A stretch of DNA of 64,000 bases, taken from NCBI GenBank assembly GCA_965112735.1, contig OZ218962.1, positions 1,550,001 to 1,614,000 on the forward strand. The letters are read 5' to 3'. Below, piece after piece: positions 13,501-25,342 of the stretch. Both the position numbers and the translations under genes were made by a program. The notes under the pieces are model-generated. The model was not told where the DNA came from. It did not search any database and was given only the letters and a program-made list of their open reading frames with translations. Positions within the stretch are counted from its first letter, which is position 1; the number at the start of each line of letters is the position of its first letter. The stretch is from Phaeosaccion multiseriatum. Lineage: Eukaryota; Protista; Ochrophyta, other classes.

Positions 13501-16500
13501 TCAGGAGATCCCCCATCGGATGCAGAGCCCCGGGGAGGCGCATCCGCTTTGCCGCTTGGGCCGTCACTGCCAACTACCAACTGTTGCTGCTGCCTGGGGT
13601 CGCGACTCGTCGGGGCGACGATGCTATAGGCGCAGTGCCTCGCAACAGACACGAAGAAGGGGCTCTCGGAGTCGACATCTGTGCAATTTCCAGGAAAGGG
13701 GGGCGGGAGAGAGGGGGCGCGAGGGGAGACGGACGCGGTTACGTCAGGGCAAGACCTGTGGTGTGTTGTCGCTCCTCCTCCTACCGCCATGCCTACCTCC
13801 CGCTACTACTGCAGTCACCGTGTGACCAAACTGCTGCCACTGCTGCTGCTGCTGCTGATGATGATGATGAAGCCCAGTGAAGGCGCTCGTGAGAGCCTCT
13901 GGGTTTCCTACCCCAGCAGCCGCCGTCAGGGGAGAAGAGTGAGTAAGCGCAAGCGATTCCACCGCCGGAGAAGAGCCCAAGGCGGGTCCTCCGCCAATTG
14001 CCTGCCCTCTCCCCGTGTCTGCTGCTGGAGGAGGCACATCGGGGAAGGATGAGGAGGACGAGCCGGGTGCTCCGTGCTCGCTGGTGGGAGAGTCGAGCAA
14101 AGGAGGAGGCGAGCACTGCAAATGGCGAGGCGGGCGCCACTCCGCCTGACGCACTGGAGCTTGCTCTCCGTCCTGCTGCTGTCGGTCAGGCGGGGGGGGA
14201 GGCAAGGAAGAAGGAGCGCGCGCAGCTGAGGGAGGCAAGGGGAAAGCCTCCGCTGCTCCTTCCGCCCCTAGTGGAGAGAGTTGCTCCCTTGGAGGAGAGC
14301 CCATGCCTGCTCGGCCACTTCCAGAGAGGCTGGGCATCAGAGAAGAGCCCAACGCACCAAACGCCCCCGTCGCCACTGCCAGAGCAGCGGACGCAGCAGA
14401 GGCGGCAAAGTTGCCAAGAGAGAGCTGAGCTGACGTCGCCTCAGCGCCACCTCCAACAGCAGCCGCGGTAGCAATCTCATCCCGCTCTTCACTTCGTTCT
14501 TCTTCTCCCTGCCCACTCTCTCCTGCCGCAGTGGAGTCCTCACTCTTCCTGCCCACTTGTAATGCCCCTCGCGAAGGCTGCGAGGGCGTCGCAGCAGCTT
14601 CTGTCAGTAGCTTCGCACCACTCACGTCGACATGCCCCTCCCCTGCGTCTGGGGTATCTTCCCTCACGTATTGCTGCGGCTGCTGCTCCTGGCGCTGTCT
14701 GAGCGGAGAACTGTCCCAGCTGACGACACCCGAAAAAGTCCCGCTTGCCGGCGGCGAGTTGGCTTGACGGGGCGTGCTGCTGACGCTGCTTCTCGGTGAG
14801 TGCTCTCTGGAGGACAGGGGGCCCATGGACATCCCCAGTCCCTCCGAGCGTGCCAGCACCAGTGCCGCGGCGATTGGCGTTGCCGAGCTCAACGGGGGCG
14901 TCGACAATGATGCCGCTCTCTCCCCTATAAGGGCGCTCCGTCCTGACGCGGACCCCGCCCTGGAGAGTGCTCTCGAGCCTGGCCCTGCCCCCGCCCCGCG
15001 TGGGCTACCCGATCCCCCGGTGGACGCCTCACCCGACACATCTCTCATGGCCTCCTGTGAGGGCCAACAGGAGGAGGCACACCCGCAACCAACATCAGCC
15101 GCCATCTCTTTTGAGACTCTGAGCATGCTCTCTCTCTATCGACCGACCGACCGACCGATCTTACCTGGTAGCTCTGCGCGCTGCTGAAGAGTTGCGCCGT
15201 GCAGGAAAGCTCCCGAATGACGTCCTCGTCATGCGACTCGTACAGCTTCAGCACTCCATGGAAGGGCAGCGGGCCTTGCCACCCATTGAAGCGAACGCTG
15301 GGCATGAAAACAATGCCCAATCTTGGAGCAGAAGAAAGAGGAGGGAAAGGTGTCAAGAGACGGGAGGTGTAACATGGTGTGTGTGGGTGCGTGCGTGGGG
15401 GCGCTCACCGGATGACCCCGACGGCGTCCGCCTCGAGCGTAAAGCCCAACGCATTCGGGTTGCTGTTCCACCCCTCCCCGTGGCGGCTTGCAGCTTTGGC
15501 CTCTGTCTCCGTGTCGCAGTCAGACTCGCTCTCGCTCAGAGTGAGGTAGTCCTCCCCGCCCCCACCCCCGCTCCCTCGCTTGTCGTCGACTGGCTTGGGC
15601 TCCTTCTCGCCCCCCGCGAGGCGTCTCTTGACGAGCTCCATGTTGGAGAGGATCTTCTTGATCTTGTTGTCCTTCCTCTTGCGCTCTGCGATGCGCAACT
15701 TCCAGGCGTAATGCTCGAGCTTCTCCTCAAGCTCCGCCCGCTCGGCCTCGGACACGCCCTGCGCGAGAGAGGACACCTGCGGGGCGGGGCGGGCCGGGCC
15801 GGGGCAGCCACACGTCCTCCTTGCTCAGCCTTTCCTTTGCCTCCCACTCACGCCTTATCTACCCCGCCCTGTCCCCTACCTGGCTGAAGCGAAACCTCGC
15901 CTTACAAGCGCTCCTCTCCTGGAACTTGGTGAGCGTCCTCTCTTTGCCATTCTTGCTGCGCCTCCTGCCGGCAAGGGCCAACCCCACACCCTCCTCCTCC
16001 GCCGGAGGTGGGGGGGGTGTCTGAGAGCGCTGCGGCGCCTCCTTTGCCCCGAAGGAGGTGGGGCTCAGCCTGCTGGGATCTGCTGCCGTACACCACACAC
16101 AAAGGAAGAAGGCGGTGCTCAGCGCCTCACCTGGAAACGTGGCATGAGCAGGCACAAGCAGCACAGCCCAAGACGAGACGCGGACTCACTCACCACCTTC
16201 CGGCACGTGCCCCTCCACCACGAATGTCCTCCTCCTGCTCGTGATGTTGCGCACAGAGACGCTCAGAGTGGCCCAGCACGCATCGCCCACAAAGCACGGG
16301 CCAAAGTCGATCACTGCCGGAGGGTCCACCAGAGAGAAGGTGTCTGGCTTGTACACCTGGCAGGGAAGAGCGGCAATCAATCAAGGTTATGAGATAGATG
16401 GTAGTCTCCCCCATCGAGGGCAAGGTCAGGGTGAGGCCTAGCCAGAGCTCTGTACGCACCTTCGCTTTGATTGTGATGACTTGCATGTTGGTGGAGTCCT

Positions 16501-19500
16501 GCACGTTCCGAACGGAAAATGTCTCGGCGAAGTTTCCAGCGAGTCCCGGGCGAAATGCGAACTCGATCTTCTCACTGGAACCCTGTTTCCGTGTGAAACA
16601 AAAATATGGGGGGAGTGGTTGGGGTGTTGGTGCTTCGCTTCCTGCGGTCACACATATGCACATCAAAAGGCCAGACCTGCATTGGAATGATGCCGTCTTT
16701 CCCTTGCGTGATTTTGAGGAATCCGGAGGATATGCTTCCGCTCTTGGAGATGTGGTACAAGAGAGGACCTGGGGATAGACGCACACATACAGAAAGCGAG
16801 TGTGTGTGTATGTTGCAGCAGCGCCGAGATGCCCTGCAAGTTCCTCACCTGGAGACCTGTTGGCGATCCCCACGGTCTTCGTGGCATACTCGCCCACCGC
16901 TATCCGGCCAAAGTTGATGTTCTTCTGCGCGATGGACATCTCCGAGCGGCAGAACATGGCCCGGAGGAGGAGCTGGCGCGGCTGGATAGAGGGTTGCGTC
17001 TGTGTGGACATCGATTGTTACGGGAGCGTCGGCCATAGTGAGGATATTCTCATGCCGGACAGTGCTCATTACCCCTCCTATACCCATATACCTGTGCCGC
17101 GCTCCCTGAAACGCCTGCTGTAGTAGCAGAGGACCCAATGGATGGCATGAAGGAGCCCACTGTGGGTGCGGAACAGAAAGCGAGGGGTTGGCGTCAAGTG
17201 CGAAGGAAAGGCCGTCGCTACGGGTCCGTCCAACAGAAGACAGACAACACACACCGTCGGGTCCTGTCAGCGGTCTAAGCCGCAGGTGGGGCGGCAGGTG
17301 GAATATGAGGTGCCCCAGCACAGAGGACTCTCTCTGCACTTCCTCCGGTGTGTTGTGGGCTCTGAGGGTCAGCACCACGGCCACTTGCACCTGCCGCTTC
17401 GGTTCGATGAGTAGCGTAGTGCCGCTGCCATCTGCCTTCTGCTGCAGGGGAAGGCGCAGCAATCGCCCGTCCTCCATCGCCATTCGTAGCGCCGCCTGCA
17501 TGTGTTGGGTCTCGGCCACGACCCTCGCCACCCCATCCTTGCCCAGGCTCGAACCCCTCCGCACGACATTGAGCCTCTCCTTGCCCTCAAAATAACTCAC
17601 GAGACGGTCCAAAGACATAACGCCCGCGCTGCCATCACCCCCGCCCGGCAGATAGTGGTAGTGATGGCTGTGCTCGTGGTGGCGCGAGGAGCCCCGCCCC
17701 CCCGCCCCCCTGGCCCCCGCCCCGCCTGCCGTCCTCCCTCCTCGCGCGGCCCCTCCGGCCTCCCCGCTCCCCCCAAGCGCGCCGGGTGCATCTGCCAGCA
17801 TCGTCCTCCGACTGACAAGACCGCTTCCTGTGTTGCTCTCCGCTGCGCCGCTCTCCTTAAACCACCCTCCTTGGTCAGGATACCTTGCAGTAAGATACGA
17901 ACAAGGAAGGTTAGTCACACACACACACACACACACACACACCCCCTCCTCTTTGTCCTCACCGGCTGCCGTAGAAGCGAGAGCTCCCCTTGGCCACAGC
18001 GAGGTCCATCCCCTGCAGCCGCATCGCGTGGCGGGCCTCCTCCACAGTTGACGCCCCGTGTCCGTACCGTTGGCTGGCGCGGTTGTCCAGGGACAAAATC
18101 TCTCTTGTCTTGAGTGACTCCCACACCATGTCCTTCTTCAGCTCGGATGACGCTTGCGCCAAGGGCTTTTGGACAGACCCCCCCTGCCTCCAACGCGACC
18201 CACCCCCATCCGCGCCGCTCTGTTGGGCCGCAAAGGCCGCCAGGCCTTCCTCGTCTCCTTCCAGGTTCACCGTGGAGGAGGAGGGTACAGCAGTAGCAAC
18301 AGCAGTTGATGCAGCTGCTTCTGCCACAGTGAGCGGCATTGCTGCGGGGGGGGGGAGGGGAAGCTCACGCATCTGGAACAGCTGAATCTCTTCCGAGCCG
18401 ATCCACCTCTGCTGCTTGTCCTCCTGAGCTCCATCTGCCGAGCCCCCCCCTGCCCCGCCCTCCTCTGCCCCGCCCCCACTGAAGCCGAGCTCCAGGGCCA
18501 ATGGCTCGTCAGTAATGTTCCGAAGGATGAAAGTTCGCATCTGCGGGCAGTTGGCCACGACGTGGTTGAAGTAGACCTGCTGCTGCTTCATGCGGTTGCT
18601 CGCCACCAGCACTTTGTAAAAGTGCGAGTGGTAGAGCACGTCCTGGGTGTCGATGTTCACTGCCCGGACCTGCAAACAAACGAGGCTGTTTCGTTCAGCG
18701 CTGTTTCCTCATCCCCTCTACCTCCCATTGTCCTTACCTCCACCTGCTTCCCCCCCTTCGTATTGTGCAGGTCCAAGATTCGGATAACTCTCCGGTACTC
18801 TCGGTCCGTTTTCTTGGGGCAGTATTCAATCTTCAGGTCGAAGGTTGCCTGGGGCGGAATCTCAAACGCCTCTGCCGGCTTGACGCTAACGTATCTGCTC
18901 TTGACAATCGCCTGGACCTGCTCGGGATACGCGGTGCAATTCACGCATTGAGGCAAGCAACAGGCTTGTTGGTGGGGGACGAATGTAAGCACATGCTCAC
19001 CTTTGCAGTGATGCCCGAGTGGTTGGTCACGCCCACGACCTCGCTCTTGTACTCTTCGATGTTGCACTCCCCGAAATCCACTCTGCTCCGAGACAGCGAC
19101 AGAACCGAGGTGCACGTCTTCGCTCGGCCCGTGATGATCTTGGAGAATTGCCGGACTTCATTGCCGATGCTGCGAGTACAGGGAATGCATGGTCATTGGT
19201 GCATGGCAGAGGACTGAGCAGAGCTGCACGCGGTTTGCTTCGGTCTCTGCCTGCCTGCTTGCCTGCCTGCCTGCCTGCCTGCCCCCCCACACGACCGAAC
19301 CGACCTGTCCCTCCTCCGCAGGTCCCTGTCGTGGAAGCTCCTGGACAGGGGCCCATCTCCGCCCTCGCCCATTTCCGAGTACATGAGCTCTGCGCCCTGC
19401 AGGGCGTCTTCCCATTGCCTCTGCGGCTCGTCGCACTGGAAGAAGAGTTTGAACGCCTTGCGCTTCAATTGGGCGTGCGATTGGGCGGTTGCCGACACGC

Positions 19501-20480
19501 CCCCGCCTGCAGTTGTGGAGGGCCACGCAAGTTGGGGGGAAAGGGGGAGACTTGAGAGTGAGTGGTCAGAAGGACACGTTCGAGAGGGGTCGGAGCAGAC
19601 AATCCACCTCTTCGCACTAACCATCCCCGTCACCATCGTCGGTAATCTCTCGCAGGCCGTACACGTCATCGGGTAGAGGGTCACAGAACCGCACCCACAG
19701 CGTCCGCTCGATGCCCGGCGACAGAGTGAGCTCTTCGATGAGGCCGCTCGCCCCTTGTCCTTCTTCTTCCTCGTCCTGGCTGGGGGGCTCCTTACTCCGG
19801 AGAGGGCGTTTCCTTCTGCCCAATCCGCCACTAACCACGCCCCCTCCACTTGCTCTGCTGTCCTTACTCTTTCTCCCCTTCCGTCCTGCTCCCCTTCTCC
19901 CCCCCCCCCCCCCTCCCTCCCCTCCCCCTCCCCCTCCTCCAGCCCCCCCCCCACCTCCTCCTACCCTGCCACGCGGTCCTCCTCCACCTTTCCCGGCCCC
20001 TGTGATCCCCCCCCCCCCCTCCGCGCCTGCCGATACATCCCCCCCCCCTCCTCCTCCCCCCCCTACTGCTCCTCCTCCTCCTCCTCCTCCTCCCCCTCCT
20101 CCTCCTACGACTCCTCCTCCTCCCCCTCCTCCCCCCCCCCCCCCTCCTCCTCCTCCTCCTACGACTCCTCCTCCTCCGCCTCCTCGCTTCCCGCTAGCCT
20201 TTTCAGCATTGCTGCAAGCTTTGCACTCTAACCCTTCGCCTTTCCCACCTCCTCTATTTCTCCCGCACGTATGTACATTGGCGTGCAGATGCCTTCTCTT
20301 TTGTTGTACAAGATTGTCGTCCCTGTCGTCCTCATCGTCATCGTCTTCATCATCGTCATTATCATTTCCGCCGCCCTGCATATGATAGGGCCAGCCTGCC
20401 ATGGATTGAGACAAGCTCTCTTCGTCCGGCTCTCGCTCGCCGTCCTTCTCGCCCTCCCCTTTGTCTTCGTCGTTATCGTT

Positions 20481-20522
<42 letters not shown>

Positions 20523-22306
20523 CTCTTCTTCTTCCTCCTCATCGTCTTCCTCGTCGTCCTCGTCCTCCCCTTCCGTTCTATCCTCCTCTGGTCGGTTTCC
20601 TCCCGCAGTCATCCTCTCCCCCGACCTGCTGCTCACGCCCTTGGACTCATCTTCCTCCTGATCGTCGTCAGAGCCTTGCCCCGACTGATTGTCTGTACCG
20701 GGATCCTCGCTGCCTCTTCTCTTTCTCAGAGCTCGAAAGCGCTCCTTTCTTCGCGAAACGCTCGTCATATCTGTCTGCAGGCCAAACGTTACTTGCGCCT
20801 CCTCAGCGTGATCGGAAAAGAGTCGGATGTCCATCGGGAACTAAAACACACGAGACAAAAAAGCAGCATTTGGGAGTGGGAGAGAAAGAGTGTGAGCCTG
20901 CCTGGAATCACTACCGAACCACACGAGTGGCCCATACCGCTCGCTCGCTCCTCACCTGGGTGGTGTTCTTGATCTTGAGCTTGCGACTGGCCGACTCTCC
21001 GGTGAAGAGCGTGCCGAAGCTGAGCACGCTACCCCCGCCCAGGCGCTCCTCCTTCTCGTCCAGAATCAAGAGACCCTCCTGGTGGGACTCCGAGACGACG
21101 GACGTGAGCACGTCCACCGACAAGCGCTGCGCGACGGGAGCGAGGGGAAAAGGGACGAAATAAGCTTGTTCGTGCTTGGACATGGGGATAGGAGAGGGGC
21201 GTGACTCAGCGGGGATGTTGGTGCTGCGTACGTTCTGCGGGTCGTTGAGGTTCTCCACGAAGAGGCAGTAGTCCCTCTGGCCCACTTTGCGAGGCTTGAA
21301 CGTGACACGCACGCGAAGGTGGGCGTAGGCAGAGATCTTGCGGCCCGTGTACATCGGCAGAGGCGTGTTGGTGTGGTAGTCGGAGCACTCCAGCACATCC
21401 TGCTCGTCGGAGAGCCACACCGAGGGCACGAGGCGGAACTCTAAAGTGATTTCTGAGCGATTTCGGACCGAAAATTCCTTCACGTACGACGTGCCTGACG
21501 AAGAAAGACATGTTTCGGTGGTGTTGTCAAAAGACGAGACACGACTCTCAAAAGGCTACCCCCGCCCCTCCTCCTTCCATACCCGGCACGGTATCCAAGA
21601 ACTGTAGCTCCGACACGTCCGCCTCCAGGATGGACCTGCACACCCTGGCCTTGACCTCGTAGTTCACAATCGCCAAGGCGGGGGAGGGCTTGCTGGCACT
21701 TGCTCCCACCTGGCACTCGACAGCCTCCATGCGGACGACTCCGTGCACCCAGAGAAAGCTGCTGCTTCGCGACAATCCCACGTTCGTTACATCATCCAGA
21801 CAAACAAGCTTTAGAGATTGTTGGCTGGCAGAAAACAAGAAGCAGTCGCCTGCCCTCACCTCGCCGTGTCTCTGCCCCCCTCCTTCCCCAGCCCCACGCC
21901 CTCGGAGTAGTCGGCCTCTGCCATGAGCTGGACAATCACCGAGCGGCTCGCACGGGCCGCGACCCGCACCTCCTCCACCAGCCCTGCGTAGTTGAGGAGC
22001 TCGTTCTGGAACGCAGGGTTCTCGATGTGGAAGTTCTCATTCTCCAGCTTGAATTGGGGGGGGCACACGAAGAGACGCACAAGCATTGTTAAATACGTGC
22101 TTTTGTATCCTTCTTGCTCGAGAACTGTCTCATTACCTGGAACCGCAGAGTCGCGGTGATCCTGTTGAAACTTGTTCCAGCACCGCCTTTCCACAGCAGC
22201 TTGACCTGCTGATCAAAGTCCCTATTGCTCGTGATGACCACCTCTCGCAGAAGCGCCTGTCCGTTCAAGTACACGTCGCCCATCTCCAAGGACGGCGGCG
22301 CGCTGC

Positions 22307-22348
<42 letters not shown>

Positions 22349-22442
22349 GGTGGAGGGACGTGAATTCCCCCCCCCCCCGAGTGAGGTGTCTTCTCCTCCC
22401 CCCTCCTTACATGCTGACCGCCGGCTCTTCTTCGCCCGCCAT
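2228..22442 (-). CDS. Giant multi-exon protein with repeated Ig-like (ASH/PapD-like) modules, uncharacterised
   Basis: Exon 1 ATG at 22442 splices (GTAAGG...CGCAG) to give MAGEEEPAVSIAPPSLEMGDVY. Recurrent modules include 'INFGRIAVG..TKTVGIANRS', 'IDFGPCFVG..TLSVSVRNIT', 'LSFGTLFTG..KLKIKNTT', 'FKPQTGCLGPGESQDI' and 'PSEGRIPPGGKQLVKV'. The helical C-terminus ends at TAG 2228. Canonical splice sites were found at the junctions checked. Not every exon was traced. Confidence 0.75.
19890..20560 (-). repeat. Low-complexity poly-Gly (GGA/GGG) and poly-Asp/Glu (GAC/GAA) tracts inside the giant gene
   Basis: (CCT)n/poly-C and (GTC)n runs on the plus strand lie within open frame 19617..20834. Confidence 0.9.
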
Positions 22443-22713
22443 TAGGCGCTCGACAGCCAACCCCCTTTTGGACATTTCCCCGCACCTGCCGCGGTGAAGC
22501 GTCGTGGCAAAGCCCCGACTTAACGCGACATTCCACAGAGGATGGATCTTTGAGATCTTGAGCCGTTGGTGATACAGGCAGGAGGTGCACCAGAGCCAGA
22601 GTGTGAGGGAAAAAAAGACTCCTGCCCTCCCGCTTTGCAGTCTGGAGTCCCCACGAAGGAGAGTGGCTTCCGCTTTAACCCAGTCCCTGCAGGGGAGGAA
22701 AGGAGGGAGGGAA

Positions 22714-23472
22714 ATGGCCGGCGAACCGGCCCAGGTCGGGGAGGTGGTCTTCGACTTACTCATGGGACAGATATTGCGACAGGAAGTGGCCACCTCTGTT
22801 GGGGTGCCCTCGGCCAAGACGACGGTGCGTGGGTTTGCGGCTGCGCTGTTGCTGATTCCGATGCGGCTGCGATTTCCCGCTGAATTCGTTAATCACTCGC
22901 TTCGGTGGCAATGTGTGCCTGCCCGCTTATGTTGTGCTGCGCTTCTCCTTTCACCTCAGTTGGACCAAGCTCAACTACTGGGGAGTCGCATGGAGGGAAT
23001 GGGGTACCAGGTACGCTTGGGTTTATTGGTTGAGTCCCTTGGATGCTGTGTCAGTACTTGACTGTACTCCACTTGTTACACGTGCCGTGCAACGCCACGC
23101 AAGGTTGGATATCGCTTAGTGGAGCGGACGGCGCAGCACAGATTCCTGTCCGGCGTCCAGCTGGATGTCATCAAGTTTCTCTGCAAGGACTTGTGGACCC
23201 AATTGTTCAAGAAGCAGGTGGACAACTTAAAGACAGATCACCGTGGCACATTCGTCTTGAAGGATAACAACTTCAGGTGGGTGGTGCGCTACGCAGCCGG
23301 CAACAGCACTGCCAGCAAAGAATTGGCGGCCAAGATTCTGCACTTTCCCTGCGGTCTTTTACGGGGGGCGCTGGCAAACCTGGGACTGACGGCGTCCGTC
23401 AAAGCGAATGGGGAGGGAGACCGGGGACAATCATCCCTTCCAGCAGTCGCGTTCACCATAAAGATTTTGTGA
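22714..23472 (+). CDS. TRAPPC6: Trafficking protein particle complex subunit 6 (Trs33)
   Basis: 'MEGMGYQVGYRLVER', 'LDVIKFLCKDLW..LFKKQVDNLKTDHRGTFVLKD' and 'FPCGLLRGALANLG'. Two GT-AG introns. Confidence 0.92.
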
Positions 23473-23775
23473 TACCTGTGTGATGTTCATTGAATTACGT
23501 ACCTTACATTCTAATCGTACATGTACATATATCGTAGTTGGCCGCCCGCACCTCGTAGGGGCCTTGGGCGGCTCACCTCTTCGTCCAGCCCAATAGAGGA
23601 GCCCGGGACCTCATTTCGATTCTCTTTCCCATGCCCCCGCCACACCTTCTGAAGGCCATTCATGCCCCGCTGCCTCCAGCAGCTAGCCCTCCAGCTCCTG
23701 CTATACACAAATAAATCTCCTCCAGCCCGGCGAGCCTCCTCCTCCAGTATCAGGCTCGTCTCGCCCTGTGCTACC

Positions 23776-24873
23776 CTAGATATGGTTATCCATATCACTA
23801 TATTCGTCTCGTATTGAGACAGGAATCAAAGCAGGCGAATAGGCTGGGGACCCTAGCCCACCTTTACAACAGATTTTGGCAACGATTAGGTCGCAACACA
23901 TGTACGGCGCCCAGCAATCGAAGCTCGTCTCGCACCTGTTCGTTTCCTTCTTCCACCAAGAAAAAAAACCTCCCTCTGACTTTTTGGTAGGCTTTTTTGC
24001 CGTTCTTGCTGCTGCTTTGGTGCTGCTGTCGGTGCTACTACTGCCACTGTTGCTGCCCTCGCTGTTGGCCGCCATCATGATCACGGCATCGCTGCTGTTG
24101 TCGACAGCACGGTGCGTACCAATGCTCACTCCAGCCAGCACAGCATTCGCACCTGCTCTGTCGTCTTTACTGTCGTCGAAAGCACGGTGTGTAGCAATGC
24201 TCACTCCAGCCAGCCCAGCGTTCGCGCCTGCTCTGTCGAAGAGTTGCTGGATTCGCCCCAAGTCGACGAAGGGAGGCTCGAGTTGCACCCCATTGATCTC
24301 AATATCCTCGATCCGATGATCCCTGACAAGGCCATTGCGGTCGTCAATTTCGTAGAAAGAAATACCGTCGATGTACAAGGGTTCTCTTCGCCCCTTGAGA
24401 TGCAAGCAAATCTGCCACTTCAGACGAATATTGAGCTCGTCATGGTCGTAACTCATTTGGAACCTCGTCTCCTCACTCTTCATAATTCCCTTCCTGAGGA
24501 AACGGAGCGCAGCGAAAAACCGAGAGTACGCCCATATACCGGAAAGCTGCTGTCCACTCGGATCGCTGAGGCGGATGGACTCCGCGTAGATGGATAAATC
24601 TGGCTCCTTGGTAAAAAAGGCAGGCTGGTCCCTCCTGATGGTGTCAATAACCTTGCTAATCTCGACACTGGGCTCAAAGGGGGGAACCGCCCGCCTTCCC
24701 GTCTCCGCTCTTCGCTCAGGCAGTCCACTCAGCTGCGTGGACCGCTGGAACCCCCCTCCTCCCCTCCTCTCATTTCTCTGGATGAGACTCGATGAAGACA
24801 GCGAAGTAGACACAAAAGCGCTCGCGGAAAACAGAAGTGACTGGAGGAATAGGAGGAGGAGCAGAAAGGTCAT
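23776..24873 (-). CDS. Plastid-targeted DUF2358/NTF2-like protein with Cys-rich C-terminal motif
   Basis: Signal peptide plus ASAF motif (MTFLLLLLFLQSLLFSASAFVS). Core reads 'PDLSIYAESIRLSDPSG...GIWAY...DGISFYEID..GLVRDHRIE'. Single exon. Confidence 0.75.
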   Translation of the reverse strand: MTFLLLLLFLQSLLFSASAFVSTSLSSSSLIQRNERRGGGGFQRSTQLSGLPERRAETGRRAVPPFEPSVEISKVIDTIRRDQPAFFTKEPDLSIYAESIRLSDPSGQQLSGIWAYSRFFAALRFLRKGIMKSEETRFQMSYDHDELNIRLKWQICLHLKGRREPLYIDGISFYEIDDRNGLVRDHRIEDIEINGVQLEPPFVDLGRIQQLFDRAGANAGLAGVSIATHRAFDDSKDDRAGANAVLAGVSIGTHRAVDNSSDAVIMMAANSEGSNSGSSSTDSSTKAAARTAKKPTKKSEGGFFSWWKKETNRCETSFDCWAPYMCCDLIVAKICCKGGLGSPAYSPALIPVSIRDEYSDMDNHI

Positions 24874-25015
24874 ATTGCTCCTTGTACAAGAGTACACACA
24901 CTAAGGGGGGGGGGGGAATTACGTGGTGTGTGACGTGTGTGCGAAAACGAAACTGAAACTGACCAACACCCCCTGTTACTGTAAGAAGAAAAAAAAAAGT
25001 TATTGTGCACCAGCC

Positions 25016-25342
25016 ATGTCAGCGATGCGAGCACTGATGGGAATGAGGGCACTGGTACGCCCGAGGCCGACGAGCGATCCGCTGAGGCTTTGCAACCTCG
25101 GGAGGGTCAAACGGGCGGCTCACACCACATCATTTACTAGTCCTTCGCCCCCCGAGCCCCCTGCGCGCAGATTCCAACACTTTGCCCTCTATTCCTTCGT
25201 GGGTGTCTTGGGGAGTGTGTTGTACATCACCCTCTTTACGGAAGACCTGGACGTCTATGAAGACCTGGACTTGGGGAATGACGACCTGTACGAGGACGTT
25301 GTGGAGGAAGAGGATGATGAAGAGGAGGGAGGGAGGAATTAG
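25016..25342 (+). CDS. Small putative mitochondrial single-pass membrane protein with acidic tail
   Basis: Arg-rich presequence (MSAMRALMGMRALVRPRPT), hydrophobic segment FALYSFVGVLGSVLYITLF and a D/E-rich C-terminus. Confidence 0.5.
   Translation: MSAMRALMGMRALVRPRPTSDPLRLCNLGRVKRAAHTTSFTSPSPPEPPARRFQHFALYSFVGVLGSVLYITLFTEDLDVYEDLDLGNDDLYEDVVEEEDDEEEGGRN

Noticed and set aside
2700-22000. Many long plus-strand ORFs over the giant gene
   Set aside because: They are antisense shadows of GC-rich minus-strand exons and show no recognisable motifs.
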